A stretch of DNA of 21,957 bases from Nitrospirota bacterium (GCA_011620345.1 WOZJ01000018.1:62001-83957), one strand, 5' to 3'; counted from the first letter of the stretch, positions 1 through 8,079 are shown. The notes: generated by a model from the letters alone, not told the origin. Made by a program: numbers and translations.

Positions 1-181
1 AGCCTGCCCCGCCTAGACCCCTTAAATTGGAGCGCTTGACCTCTTCAATCACGCCCTCCGGGGCAATTTTTCCGAGCACCTTCCGGACCGCCTGGTAGCC
101 TCCGGTTTTCGTGTAGGCCTCAAGCGTATGGGAGTCCTCTAGACCAAAATTTTGCGTCAAAATCTTAATTGCTTTTTCCAT
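1..181 (-). CDS. nuoF: NADH-quinone oxidoreductase subunit F, N-terminal 60 codons (runs off the window start)
   Basis: Not in the ORF track. Manual translation from the ATG at 181 gives MEKAIKILTQNFGLEDSHTLEAYTKTGGYQAVRKVLGKIAPEGVIEEVKRSNLRGLGGAG, matching the NuoF GGY...vK.S.LRGxGGAG FMN/NADH-binding N-terminus. It lies directly downstream of nuoE, with a GGAGG SD-like sequence upstream. Confidence 0.93.
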   Translation of the reverse strand, partial: MEKAIKILTQNFGLEDSHTLEAYTKTGGYQAVRKVLGKIAPEGVIEEVKRSNLRGLGGAG

Positions 182-238
182 TCCGTTTCTTTTTTACCCC
201 CTCCAAAACAAGCGTCGAATGACCACGAGAGAAAGGGT

Positions 239-742
239 TCATGCACCCTTTTTGGGGCCCTTAGAGAGCTCCTTTAGGGTGGATTCCAGCCTGTCGATCG
301 TCTGAAGCTCGTAGTAGGTCTCGTTGATCCGCACTATGGGGGACTCCCCGCACCCGCCCAAGCATTCCACCGTCTTGAGCTCGAAGAGCCCGTCCGGAGT
401 CATCTCGCCCTCTTTGATTTTTAGCCGATTTTTTAGGTAGGCAAGCAGCTCTTCTTGGCCAAGGAGCGCACAGGACAAGCCTCTGCACACCTGAATGACG
501 TACTTGGCCTGAGGCCTTCTTGCAAACAGCGTGTAGAAGGTGAGTACCTCCACGGCCACGGCAAAGGGAATCTCCAAAAGCCCGGCAACGGCTTCGGCAA
601 TAGGGTCCGAGATATAGCCAAACTCCCGGTGGACGAGGTGCAAGACCGGCAATAAACAGGCCTGTTTGGTCGGGTAGGCCTGTAGGATCGATTCGAGCTC
701 CGCTTGGGCCTCCTCCGAGAAGGCCAAGACCTCCGGGCTCAT
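239..742 (-). CDS. nuoE: NADH-quinone oxidoreductase subunit E (2Fe-2S)
   Basis: VCRGLSC...VECLGGC four-Cys 2Fe-2S motif, LLPVLHLVHREFGYIS and EVLTFYTLF motifs; 4-bp overlap with the nuoD stop. Confidence 0.96.
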   Translation of the reverse strand: MSPEVLAFSEEAQAELESILQAYPTKQACLLPVLHLVHREFGYISDPIAEAVAGLLEIPFAVAVEVLTFYTLFARRPQAKYVIQVCRGLSCALLGQEELLAYLKNRLKIKEGEMTPDGLFELKTVECLGGCGESPIVRINETYYELQTIDRLESTLKELSKGPKKGA

Positions 743-1971
743 CGTTCCATCTCCCCGGCAATCATGTTGAGCGAGCCAAAAACCGGAACGATATCGGCCA
801 TCATCGCCCCCTTAATCATGAAGTCCATGGAAGAAACGATCATAAAGCACGGAGGACGCACCCGAACCCTGTAGGGACGGCCTGTCCCGTCGCTGACGAT
901 GTAGTAGCCAAGCTCTCCGTTGCCGCCTTCGACCATTTGATAGACTTCGCCTTTAGGAGGTCTAATCCCCTCGTACACGAGCTTGAAGTGATTCACCAGC
1001 CCCTCGATCGTGTGGTAGACCTCCTGCTTTGGGGGCAAGATCACCCTTGGGTCGTTCACAGACACGGGCCCGTCGGGAATTTGGCGCATACACTGCTCGA
1101 TGATCCTGACGCTCTGCTCCATCTCTGCCATCCGTACGAGGTAACGATCGAGCGTATCGCCGGTTGACCCCACGGGCACTTCGAAATCTACGCGGTCGTA
1201 GGCAGAGTAAGGAAAGGCCTTACGGACATCGTATGCCATGCCGCAAGCCCGAAGGCAAGGCCCCGAATAAGAGAAACTGAGCGCGTCTTCTTTGGAAATC
1301 GCCCCTACGTTGCGTGTCCTGTCGATAAAAATCCGGTTCTTAGTGAGCAGCTTGTCGGTCTCCGAGGTTACCTCCCTGATCACCGGAAGAATATCCCTAA
1401 GGTGCTCGAAAAACCCTTCCGGCAAGTCTGCCGCCAAGCCGCCCGGCCTCATGTAGTTGATCGTGAGCCGATGGCCCGTTACCTCCTCGAGGATCCGGTA
1501 GATGAGCTCCCTTCCCTTCATGAGGTACAGAAACGGCGTGAACGCGCCAAGCTCCATGGCTGCCGCACCGATGCAGGTTTGATGGTCGCTGATCCTGGAG
1601 AGCTCGGAGAGCATCGTCCGGATATATTTGCAACGTTCGGGCACATCCACGCCAAAGAACTTTTCGACGGCCAGACAGAAGCCCTCGTTGTTGATCAACG
1701 GGGAGACGTAATTGAGCCGGTCCGTGTAGGGAATGCAGAGCTGGTAGGTATGGTTCTCGCACTCTTTTTCGAACCCCCTATGGAGGTAGCCGAAGTTTGT
1801 ATCCGAGTAAACGATAGTCTCGCCCTCAACTTCGACCACGATTTGGATAACGCCGTGCATTGCAGGGTGGGACGGACCAACGTTTACTCGCATCCTGCGG
1901 GTTTCCGTTGGCTCAAGGATATCAACCTCGGCAGAAGGGGAAAGGCTTTTTTCGGTATCCATGCGACTCAA
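739..1971 (-). CDS. nuoD: NADH-quinone oxidoreductase subunit D (49 kDa); alternative ATG start at 1962
   Basis: NVGPSHPAMHG, GYLHRGFEK, YTDRLNYVS, GELGYYIVSDG, PYRVRVRPP and C-terminal GEMER motifs. It has no CxxC nickel ligands, so it is not a hydrogenase large subunit. Confidence 0.97.
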   Translation of the reverse strand: MSRMDTEKSLSPSAEVDILEPTETRRMRVNVGPSHPAMHGVIQIVVEVEGETIVYSDTNFGYLHRGFEKECENHTYQLCIPYTDRLNYVSPLINNEGFCLAVEKFFGVDVPERCKYIRTMLSELSRISDHQTCIGAAAMELGAFTPFLYLMKGRELIYRILEEVTGHRLTINYMRPGGLAADLPEGFFEHLRDILPVIREVTSETDKLLTKNRIFIDRTRNVGAISKEDALSFSYSGPCLRACGMAYDVRKAFPYSAYDRVDFEVPVGSTGDTLDRYLVRMAEMEQSVRIIEQCMRQIPDGPVSVNDPRVILPPKQEVYHTIEGLVNHFKLVYEGIRPPKGEVYQMVEGGNGELGYYIVSDGTGRPYRVRVRPPCFMIVSSMDFMIKGAMMADIVPVFGSLNMIAGEMER

Positions 1972-1980
1972 CCCTAGGCT

Positions 1981-2517
1981 CTAAATTCCCTCTTCCTCTT
2001 CCCTTTCGGGAGAAAGAAGAGGTACACGAGGTTGGGATTTCTTAAGCGGGTAGTCTTTCCTCAGGGGGTAGCCCTCAAACTCGTCGTACATCAAAATCCG
2101 GCGCAAATCGGGATGGCCTACGAACCGGATTCCGAACATATCGTAGACTTCGCGCTCAAGCCAGTTTGCGCTCCGCCAAAGAGGAGCAAGCGAGGCAATC
2201 GTTGCGTCTTCCTCGGGAATGCGCGCCTTCACGCGAAGCCGCTTCCCCGATTCAAAGGCAAGCAGGTGAACGACCATCTCGAACCGCGGCTCCTGCCCGA
2301 AGTAATCGACACAGGTCAAGTCCACTAGGTAGTTAAAGGCCAAAGAAGGGGCGTCTTTCAAGAACTGGAGGATATCCAGCCATCGCTCTCTTTGGACAAC
2401 GACTGTATCGTCCCCAAAATCGCTTCGGTGAGCAAGCACCACGTCCCCAAAGCGCCCCTTAAGGGCGCTCAAAAGATCGGAAAACGCGACGGGAGCCGAT
2501 GTTTTAGTGCTGGCCAT
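1981..2517 (-). CDS. nuoC: NADH-quinone oxidoreductase subunit C
   Basis: LVDLTCVDY, ANWLEREVYDMFGIRFVGHPDLRRILM and GYPLRKDYPL signature motifs. Confidence 0.97.
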   Translation of the reverse strand: MASTKTSAPVAFSDLLSALKGRFGDVVLAHRSDFGDDTVVVQRERWLDILQFLKDAPSLAFNYLVDLTCVDYFGQEPRFEMVVHLLAFESGKRLRVKARIPEEDATIASLAPLWRSANWLEREVYDMFGIRFVGHPDLRRILMYDEFEGYPLRKDYPLKKSQPRVPLLSPEREEEEGI

Positions 2518-3082
2518 GGAGCTCTTTGAACCCTTGCTTCCGTAGCGCCCTGCGCTTATTCATGTAGCCTTCCTGCTGGATTTGTGCTTGAAGCATGATG
2601 AGCCCATCCAACACAGCCTCCGGTCTCGGAGGACACCCAGGGATGTAAATGTCGACAGGGATGATCCTGTCCGCCCCACGAACTGTCGTGTAGTTGTCGT
2701 AAAAACCGCCCGAAGAAGCGCACGCACCGAAGGCGATGACCCACTTGGGCTCGCACATCTGCTCGTACACCCGCTTTAAGATCGGGGCCTGCTTGTGGTT
2801 GATCGTGCCGACGATAAACAAGACGTCGGCCTGCCTTGGCGTGAACCGAGGCATTCCCGCACCAAAACGGTCGATGTCGTAATGGCTCACGGCCACCGAC
2901 ATGAATTCCATCCCGCAACAGGCCGTTACAAAGGGATACTGAAAAATGGAATACTTCCTAGCCCAGCCGATGGCCTCGTCGAGCTTGGCCATCACAAACC
3001 CGCTTGGCGGAGCTGGGCGGGCCTTCTGGAGCGTGTCTTTGAGCTCCTGGTTCAAGTGCTCGTAATCTATGTTTAATCCCAT
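2504..3082 (-). CDS. nuoB: NADH-quinone oxidoreductase subunit B (N2 4Fe-4S)
   Basis: TACCGMEF tandem Cys, PRQAD, PKWVIAFGACASSGG and DIYIPGCPPRPEA. The ATG at 3082 (MGLNIDY..., 10-bp overlap with nuoA) is preferred over the track start at 3103. Confidence 0.96.
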   Translation of the reverse strand: MGLNIDYEHLNQELKDTLQKARPAPPSGFVMAKLDEAIGWARKYSIFQYPFVTACCGMEFMSVAVSHYDIDRFGAGMPRFTPRQADVLFIVGTINHKQAPILKRVYEQMCEPKWVIAFGACASSGGFYDNYTTVRGADRIIPVDIYIPGCPPRPEAVLDGLIMLQAQIQQEGYMNKRRALRKQGFKELHGQH

Positions 3083-3426
3083 TCTAGAGCTCCTTTCTTC
3101 CATGCATAGGCCAAAGCGCCTACCAAAAACAGCAGGAACGCTAACATTTCAACCCCTGCAACAAGACCTAAGTCCTTGAGAATCACCGCCCATGGAAAGA
3201 AGAAGACGCTCTCAACGTCGAACAGGACGAACAAAAGCGCCACCAGATAGAAGCGTACGTGGAGGGGCTGCCTAACAGGCCCGTACACCTCGACACCACA
3301 CTCGAAAGGCTCGAGCTTCGAGGGGGTCATCGCCTGGGGGCCGAGCAGCCTGTTGGCAAGGACGAACACGATCGCCGTGACGCTGGAAAGAACAAACAGG
3401 ATCAACAGCGGAACGACGGTGTACAT
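3073..3426 (-). CDS. nuoA: NADH-quinone oxidoreductase subunit A
   Basis: Three hydrophobic helices, K.EPFECG loop, RFYLVALLFVLFDVE and WKKGALEWD C-terminus. Confidence 0.97.
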   Translation of the reverse strand: MYTVVPLLILFVLSSVTAIVFVLANRLLGPQAMTPSKLEPFECGVEVYGPVRQPLHVRFYLVALLFVLFDVESVFFFPWAVILKDLGLVAGVEMLAFLLFLVGALAYAWKKGALEWD

Positions 3427-3445
3427 CCTGAATTTACCCTAGCAT

Positions 3446-3489
3446 TTGCGTATCTAGTGGTTATCTAGTGCTTGCGTATACGAAGCACT
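3446..3489. repeat. Near-perfect palindrome plus direct repeats in the nuoA leader
   Basis: AGTGCTT(G)CGTATACGAAGCACT at 3467-3489 is a 22-bp palindrome with one extra G. TATCTAGTG occurs at 3451-3459 and 3462-3470; TTGCGTAT occurs at 3446-3453 and 3472-3479. Confidence 0.7.
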
Positions 3490-3515
3490 TTAAAAGAAAG
3501 CCTATAAAAAATCAA
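3487..3515 (-). promoter_or_regulatory. Putative sigma70 promoter of the nuo operon
   Basis: Minus strand: -35 TTGATT (3515-3510), 17-bp spacer, -10 TAAAGT (3492-3487), about 60 bp upstream of the nuoA ATG in an AT-rich intergenic gap. Confidence 0.55.
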
Positions 3516-3564
3516 GGGCTTGGGCCAAACGTGTAAAAAAGCGGGCACGCGTGGTTATGGTGGC

Positions 3565-4500
3565 CTAATGTCCTGCCTGCACAAGCCCGAGCGATAGAAG
3601 TCCACGTTCGAGCGTTTGGGCGTCTCCAATAGAGATAACGCTCTTCCCCTTCGCCAAGCGCCTGAGCATTCCCGCCAGGACGCGCGAAGGGCCGATTTCG
3701 ACGAACGTCTCGATCCCGCCTTGAAGCATCCGCTCGATCGTTTCGAACCAATGCACGGGCGAGGCGACCTGGAGGACAAGGCCGTCTTTTGCGCTCTCGA
3801 TATCCACAACCTGCGAGGCATCCAGGTTTCTGTAAACGGGGACTCTTGGGGGCTGCCAATTTAAGGCGAGGATGGCGTCTTTAAGGCGGACCTCCACTCC
3901 AGACATCAACGAGCAATGGAAGGGGGCCGAAACATTCAGCCAAACGACCTTGCCGATCTCTCTTAGGCTTTCCTCGGCCGCTTTGAGCCCGAGCGAATCT
4001 CCCGAGATGACGACCTGGGTAGGGAGGTTCAGGTTGGCCACCTCGGCTACGCCTTCGCGCACCTCTTTGAGCCTCTCTTGCACCTCTCGAAGCTCCGGGC
4101 CGATGACGGCGAGCATCCCTCCCATACGCGCCCGGGAAACCTCCGCCATCAGCTCACCCCTTTTGCGAACGACCCTGAGCGCGTCCTGGAAGGAGAGCGC
4201 CTGCGAGGCGACGTAGGCCGAGTATTCCCCTAAGCTGTGCCCCGCCATGACGGATGGAAGCCCTGGAATCATGCGCATGATCGCGGCCTGTACCGTAAGG
4301 AGCGCGGGCTGGGCGTTCTCCGTCTGGGTAAGCGCCTCGATCGGCCCTTCAAAGCAAAGCTCTTTTAACGGTATTTTCAGCGTTTCCTCGGCCAAGTCGA
4401 ACACCTCGCGGACCTCTGAAAAACTCCCGTAAAGGTCTTTTCCCATCCCCACGCGTTGTGACCCCTGGCCAGGAAACAAAAACGCAACCCCATTAAGCAA
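3565..4500 (-). CDS. fabD: Malonyl-CoA:ACP transacylase
   Basis: FLFPGQGSQ, AQPAL, catalytic GHSLGE, NVSAPFHC and VEIGP motifs. TTG start with an 8-bp overlap on the upstream gene. Confidence 0.95.
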   Translation of the reverse strand: MLNGVAFLFPGQGSQRVGMGKDLYGSFSEVREVFDLAEETLKIPLKELCFEGPIEALTQTENAQPALLTVQAAIMRMIPGLPSVMAGHSLGEYSAYVASQALSFQDALRVVRKRGELMAEVSRARMGGMLAVIGPELREVQERLKEVREGVAEVANLNLPTQVVISGDSLGLKAAEESLREIGKVVWLNVSAPFHCSLMSGVEVRLKDAILALNWQPPRVPVYRNLDASQVVDIESAKDGLVLQVASPVHWFETIERMLQGGIETFVEIGPSRVLAGMLRRLAKGKSVISIGDAQTLERGLLSLGLVQAGH

Positions 4501-5911
4501 TCGGACGTTCCCCTCTACCGGCTTTTTTTAGAGCGCGAAGCACCTTTTCGACGACTTCCAACGCGTCGGGCCCAAGAATGCGGACCATCGGTTCTTTGCC
4601 TTTATCCCCTTCATCGAAAAGGGCGTCCAGAGCTCCAACTCCGCTTTCCGCCCAACGCTTTACAAGGTAAGGAAGCGTTCTTCCTTCGATTTCCTCCACC
4701 TCCCGAGGAATTTGCGAGCGATCGAAGCGCTCGATCCGAAGCCCCGCATCTTTCATCGCTTGAACGAGCTTTTTAGAGTAAGCAAGATTCATGGCGGCGC
4801 GAACATCCGGAAACGTTTCCATCGCCGCAAGAACAAGCCTGGCCATGTGGTCCGACCCGCCAAACTCTGGACCGAGCGGAACGAGGATGCCGTGCTTCGT
4901 TTTTATGATTCTAGCCGGAAATCCTGCGACCTCCTCCGGCCCTTGGGCAGCAGGGAGCGCCTCGACCAAGTTCGAGCCCACCTCTGGAATATGCTCGAGA
5001 GGGCAGGCCTCCATGAAGCGCCTGGAAGCCTTTTTGAGTCGCTCGATGATGGCATGGCGGCCCGTTTCACGCTCGAGATAGGCTAGCGTGTTCACGGGCC
5101 TTACTCCTCCCCCCACCAAGGCGGGAGCCAAAAGACCCAGGTATACGAACGTTTTTGCCTTGGCTACGGCCTGCTCCAAGGACTCTCCAAGGGCAAGATA
5201 GGCCGTGATCGCGGAAGAAAGCGTGCAACCCGTCCCATGGCCATGCCGGGTCTGAACCCTAGGATAGGCGAAACGAACGACCTTGCCCTTCAAAAACAGC
5301 ACATCGATCGCCTGCTGTCCTTGAAGATGCCCGCCTTTGACAAGGACCGCCCGAGCGCCAAGGCACATCAGCCTCTCCCCGAGTTCCTTAAGCCCTGCCT
5401 CATCCCTTGAGATGCCGTTGGCCTTGGTCAGTTCGATCGCCTCTTCAAAGTTTGGCGTAACGAGCGTGCTAAGCGGAAAAAGTTTGGCTCGGAGGGCTTC
5501 CGCCGCCCCTTCGCCCAAAAGTCGCGCACCCGATTTCGAGAGCATGACAGGGTCCAAGACAATGGGAGGAGACCCAGGAAGGCCAGCGAGCGCTTGTGCA
5601 AGGACATCCACAACTTCTAACGACCCGAGCATGCCGATTTTGACGGCCTTCGGGGGCAAATCATCGACAATGGCCGCGAGCTGGTCCAGGACGAGCCGAG
5701 GGTCTAGTATAGAAACCCTTTGGACCCCTTTGGTGTTTTGGGCAGTCACGGCCGTGAGGACGGAACAGCCGTAGACCCCAAGGGCGGTGAAGGTTTTTAA
5801 ATCCGCCTGAATCCCAGCACCGCCGCAGGAGTCCGAGCCGGCGACGGTCAACACGACGGGTGCATGATCGGAGTAAGCAAGCGTACGTTGCATGGGCCCC
5901 ATGTTTTCCAA
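4493..5911 (-). CDS. thiDN: Bifunctional HMP/HMP-P kinase fused to a ThiN-type thiamine-phosphate synthase domain (ThiDN); start may be the ATG at 5902 or 5893
   Basis: N-terminal ThiD: LTVAGSDSCGGAGIQADLKT, KIGML, LDPVM, TPN..EA, LVKGGH, HGTGCTLSSA. The C-terminal ~190 aa has ThiN-like motifs: IPEVGSN, VAGFPARI, PEFGGSDHMAR, RAAMNLAY, D.GDKGKEPMVRILG. Confidence 0.88.
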   Translation of the reverse strand: MENMGPMQRTLAYSDHAPVVLTVAGSDSCGGAGIQADLKTFTALGVYGCSVLTAVTAQNTKGVQRVSILDPRLVLDQLAAIVDDLPPKAVKIGMLGSLEVVDVLAQALAGLPGSPPIVLDPVMLSKSGARLLGEGAAEALRAKLFPLSTLVTPNFEEAIELTKANGISRDEAGLKELGERLMCLGARAVLVKGGHLQGQQAIDVLFLKGKVVRFAYPRVQTRHGHGTGCTLSSAITAYLALGESLEQAVAKAKTFVYLGLLAPALVGGGVRPVNTLAYLERETGRHAIIERLKKASRRFMEACPLEHIPEVGSNLVEALPAAQGPEEVAGFPARIIKTKHGILVPLGPEFGGSDHMARLVLAAMETFPDVRAAMNLAYSKKLVQAMKDAGLRIERFDRSQIPREVEEIEGRTLPYLVKRWAESGVGALDALFDEGDKGKEPMVRILGPDALEVVEKVLRALKKAGRGERPIA

Positions 5912-5924
5912 TGCGTCTATAAAC

Positions 5925-5934
5925 TATTATAATA
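5925..5934. promoter_or_regulatory. Overlapping TATAAT -10 boxes on both strands (possible bidirectional promoter for thiDN and folD)
   Basis: The palindrome TATTATAATA gives TATAAT on + (5928-5933) and on - (5931-5926) in the short divergent gap. Confidence 0.45.
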
Positions 5935-5973
5935 AAACCCTATCCAAAGACCATGTCAATCTTAGGGGAGAGA

Positions 5974-6894
5974 ATGAAAACCCAATTGCTCGACGGCAGG
6001 CAGCTTGGAAAAGCGCTGACTGACAGAATCAGGCAAGAGCTTGAGCTTGCCGGCATCAAACCTGGCCTCGCCGTAGTCCTCGTAGGCGACAACGAAGCTT
6101 CGAAGCTCTACGTCGGGAGCAAGCAAAAAAAAGCGCAAGAATTAGGAATGCGCTCGTTCCTCCACAGGCTCCCAGCAGACATTTCCGAGGACGAGCTTTT
6201 AGGAGAGATCGAAATGCTCTCTGGCCGTGACGATGTGCACGGCATCCTCGTTCAACTGCCTTTGCCGTCCCATATGGACCCCTACAGGGTCCAGCAGCAC
6301 ATACCGCCCGCCAAAGACGTGGACGGGCTGAACCCATTCAACCAAGGTGCGCTCGTTTTAGGGAGGCCCACCCTCGTTCCTTGTACCCCACTGGGCATCC
6401 TTTATCTGCTTTCGGCCTACGGGATTCCGCTCGAGGGAAAGCATGCCGTCATCGTGGGTAGGAGTGCGATCGTGGGTAAACCGATGGCCCTGTTGCTCTT
6501 AGAGATGAACGCCAGCGTGAGTGTGTGCCATTCAAAGACCAAAGACCTTGGTCTCCATACCATCCAGGCCGATATCGTCGTGGCGGCCGTCGGCAGGCCG
6601 GGGCTCATTCAAAAAACGCAAATTAAAGAGGGGGCAACCGTCGTGGACGTCGGCCAGAATAGGCTCGAAACGGGCAGGCTTGTGGGAGATGCCGACCTCG
6701 ATGGGCTGATGGGCCATGCCGGATTCCTGACTCCGATCCCCGGAGGCGTCGGTCCGATGACCGTCGCGTTGCTTATGTGGAACACTCTCCTTGCGTTTCT
6801 TCTCCAAGAAAAACCCAAGGCGGTACGCCTGCCCATGCTGGAAGGCATTCATGAGCGTCTATTCGGCCACCTAAACCTTCCTTTGGTGCCTTAG
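5974..6894 (+). CDS. folD: Bifunctional methylenetetrahydrofolate dehydrogenase/cyclohydrolase
   Basis: LLDGR, PGLAVVLVG, YxxxK (YVGSK), GILVQLPLP, KDVDG, PCTP, GRSAIVGKP, DVG.N and TPIPGGVGPMT motifs. The ATG at 5974 follows a GGGGAG SD; the track start at 5953 is the alternative. Confidence 0.96.
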   Translation: MKTQLLDGRQLGKALTDRIRQELELAGIKPGLAVVLVGDNEASKLYVGSKQKKAQELGMRSFLHRLPADISEDELLGEIEMLSGRDDVHGILVQLPLPSHMDPYRVQQHIPPAKDVDGLNPFNQGALVLGRPTLVPCTPLGILYLLSAYGIPLEGKHAVIVGRSAIVGKPMALLLLEMNASVSVCHSKTKDLGLHTIQADIVVAAVGRPGLIQKTQIKEGATVVDVGQNRLETGRLVGDADLDGLMGHAGFLTPIPGGVGPMTVALLMWNTLLAFLLQEKPKAVRLPMLEGIHERLFGHLNLPLVP

Positions 6895-6947
6895 CCCGTG
6901 CTAACGCAAACGATGTCGCTTACCGTATCCCGGCAGGGGATCTCCCT

Positions 6948-8072
6948 ATGAGCGGGTTGCGCACGCTCCCTTTGCAGCCCCTGCACGCACAGCTCGGGGC
7001 AAGGATGGGCCCGTTTGCGGGCTGGCAGGTTCCTATCTCTTACGAGGGGATCCTCAAAGAGTGGGAACACGTTCGTTTCGCCTCGGGCCTGTTCGACATC
7101 TCTCACATGGGGCGGATCTTGGTCTCTGGAGAAGGCGCGCTTGCGTTCTTGAACGCCATGCTCACGCGCAACCTCTACACGCTGCCAAAGGGTAAGGTTG
7201 CCTACGCTCTCTTGCTCGAGGAAGAAGGGGGCATTTTAGACGACGTAACGGTTTATCGTATCGAAGATACTCTCTGGTTCTTGTGCGTCAATGCGGCCCA
7301 CGAAGAAGTGGTTTTTCAGCACTTGCGCTCTTTTGTTCCTTCTGGCGTCCGGATCGAGCGAAACGAAGAGTATCCGATCCAGCTCGCCTTGCAGGGCCCA
7401 ACGGCCGAAGAGGCCCTGCTTCCTTTTTGCAAGGGCCAAGAGAGTACGCTTCGAGGCCTTCCTTACTACGGATGGGCGAAGCTCTCGCTCATGGGTACGG
7501 CAACGCTCGTTTCGAGGACGGGCTATACCGGAGAAGACGGGTTTGAGCTCTACCTCAAGGATCAAGCGCAAGCTGAAGGGTTCGTAGACGGCCTGCTCCG
7601 GGCAAAAGGCCGGGCATTCGGCGGTCTATGTGGGTTCGGTGTCCGTGACGTGCTCAGGCTAGAGGCGGGCTACGCCTTGGCGGGAACCGATTTCGACCGG
7701 CAAACAACGCCCCTCGAAGCTGGGCTCGAGTTCGCGATGCACTGGGAAAAGCCGTACTTTATCGGCAAAGAGGCCCTCATTGTACGTAAACAAGAAGGGC
7801 TAAAAGAACGAAGAACTGGGTTCATCGCCACAACCTCGAGGGTTCCTAGGGAGGGATACCAGGTTCATCTCGAAAGCTCGAGCGTTGGGCGTGTGACGTC
7901 GGGTACTTACTCTCCGTTTCGACGATCGGGGGTTGCGATGGGCTACATGCCGACCCATCTTTCTAACCCCGGTTTGGACGTTTTGTTGACGGACGCCATG
8001 CGCTTGGTAATTCCGGCCAAAACGTCCAGCCTTCCTTTCTACCCACCTCAAACCAAGCGAAAAAAGGGGTAA
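6948..8072 (+). CDS. gcvT: Glycine cleavage system aminomethyltransferase T
   Basis: FAGW..P..Y, GLFDISHMG, GGILDD, LALQGP, SRTGYTGEDGFE, RDVLRLEAG and VTSGTYSP motifs. Confidence 0.96.
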   Translation: MSGLRTLPLQPLHAQLGARMGPFAGWQVPISYEGILKEWEHVRFASGLFDISHMGRILVSGEGALAFLNAMLTRNLYTLPKGKVAYALLLEEEGGILDDVTVYRIEDTLWFLCVNAAHEEVVFQHLRSFVPSGVRIERNEEYPIQLALQGPTAEEALLPFCKGQESTLRGLPYYGWAKLSLMGTATLVSRTGYTGEDGFELYLKDQAQAEGFVDGLLRAKGRAFGGLCGFGVRDVLRLEAGYALAGTDFDRQTTPLEAGLEFAMHWEKPYFIGKEALIVRKQEGLKERRTGFIATTSRVPREGYQVHLESSSVGRVTSGTYSPFRRSGVAMGYMPTHLSNPGLDVLLTDAMRLVIPAKTSSLPFYPPQTKRKKG

Positions 8073-8079
8073 CAGCACC

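Noticed and set aside
739..3082. Possible group 4 [NiFe]-hydrogenase instead of complex I
   Set aside because: The large subunit has no N- or C-terminal CxxC nickel motifs, NuoB has the complex I tandem CC, and the gene order is nuoABCDEF.
3512..3859. 115-aa and 88-aa alternative-frame ORFs over the end of fabD
   Set aside because: They overlap a well-supported gene, are Arg/Ser/Pro-rich and show no motifs; typical high-GC shadow ORFs.
5912..5973. TPP riboswitch ahead of thiDN
   Set aside because: The gap is too short and lacks the CUGAGA and related aptamer consensus.
6895..6947. Glycine riboswitch ahead of gcvT
   Set aside because: Only 53 bp and no GGAGA...CCGAAG...CUCUCAGG-type aptamer pattern.
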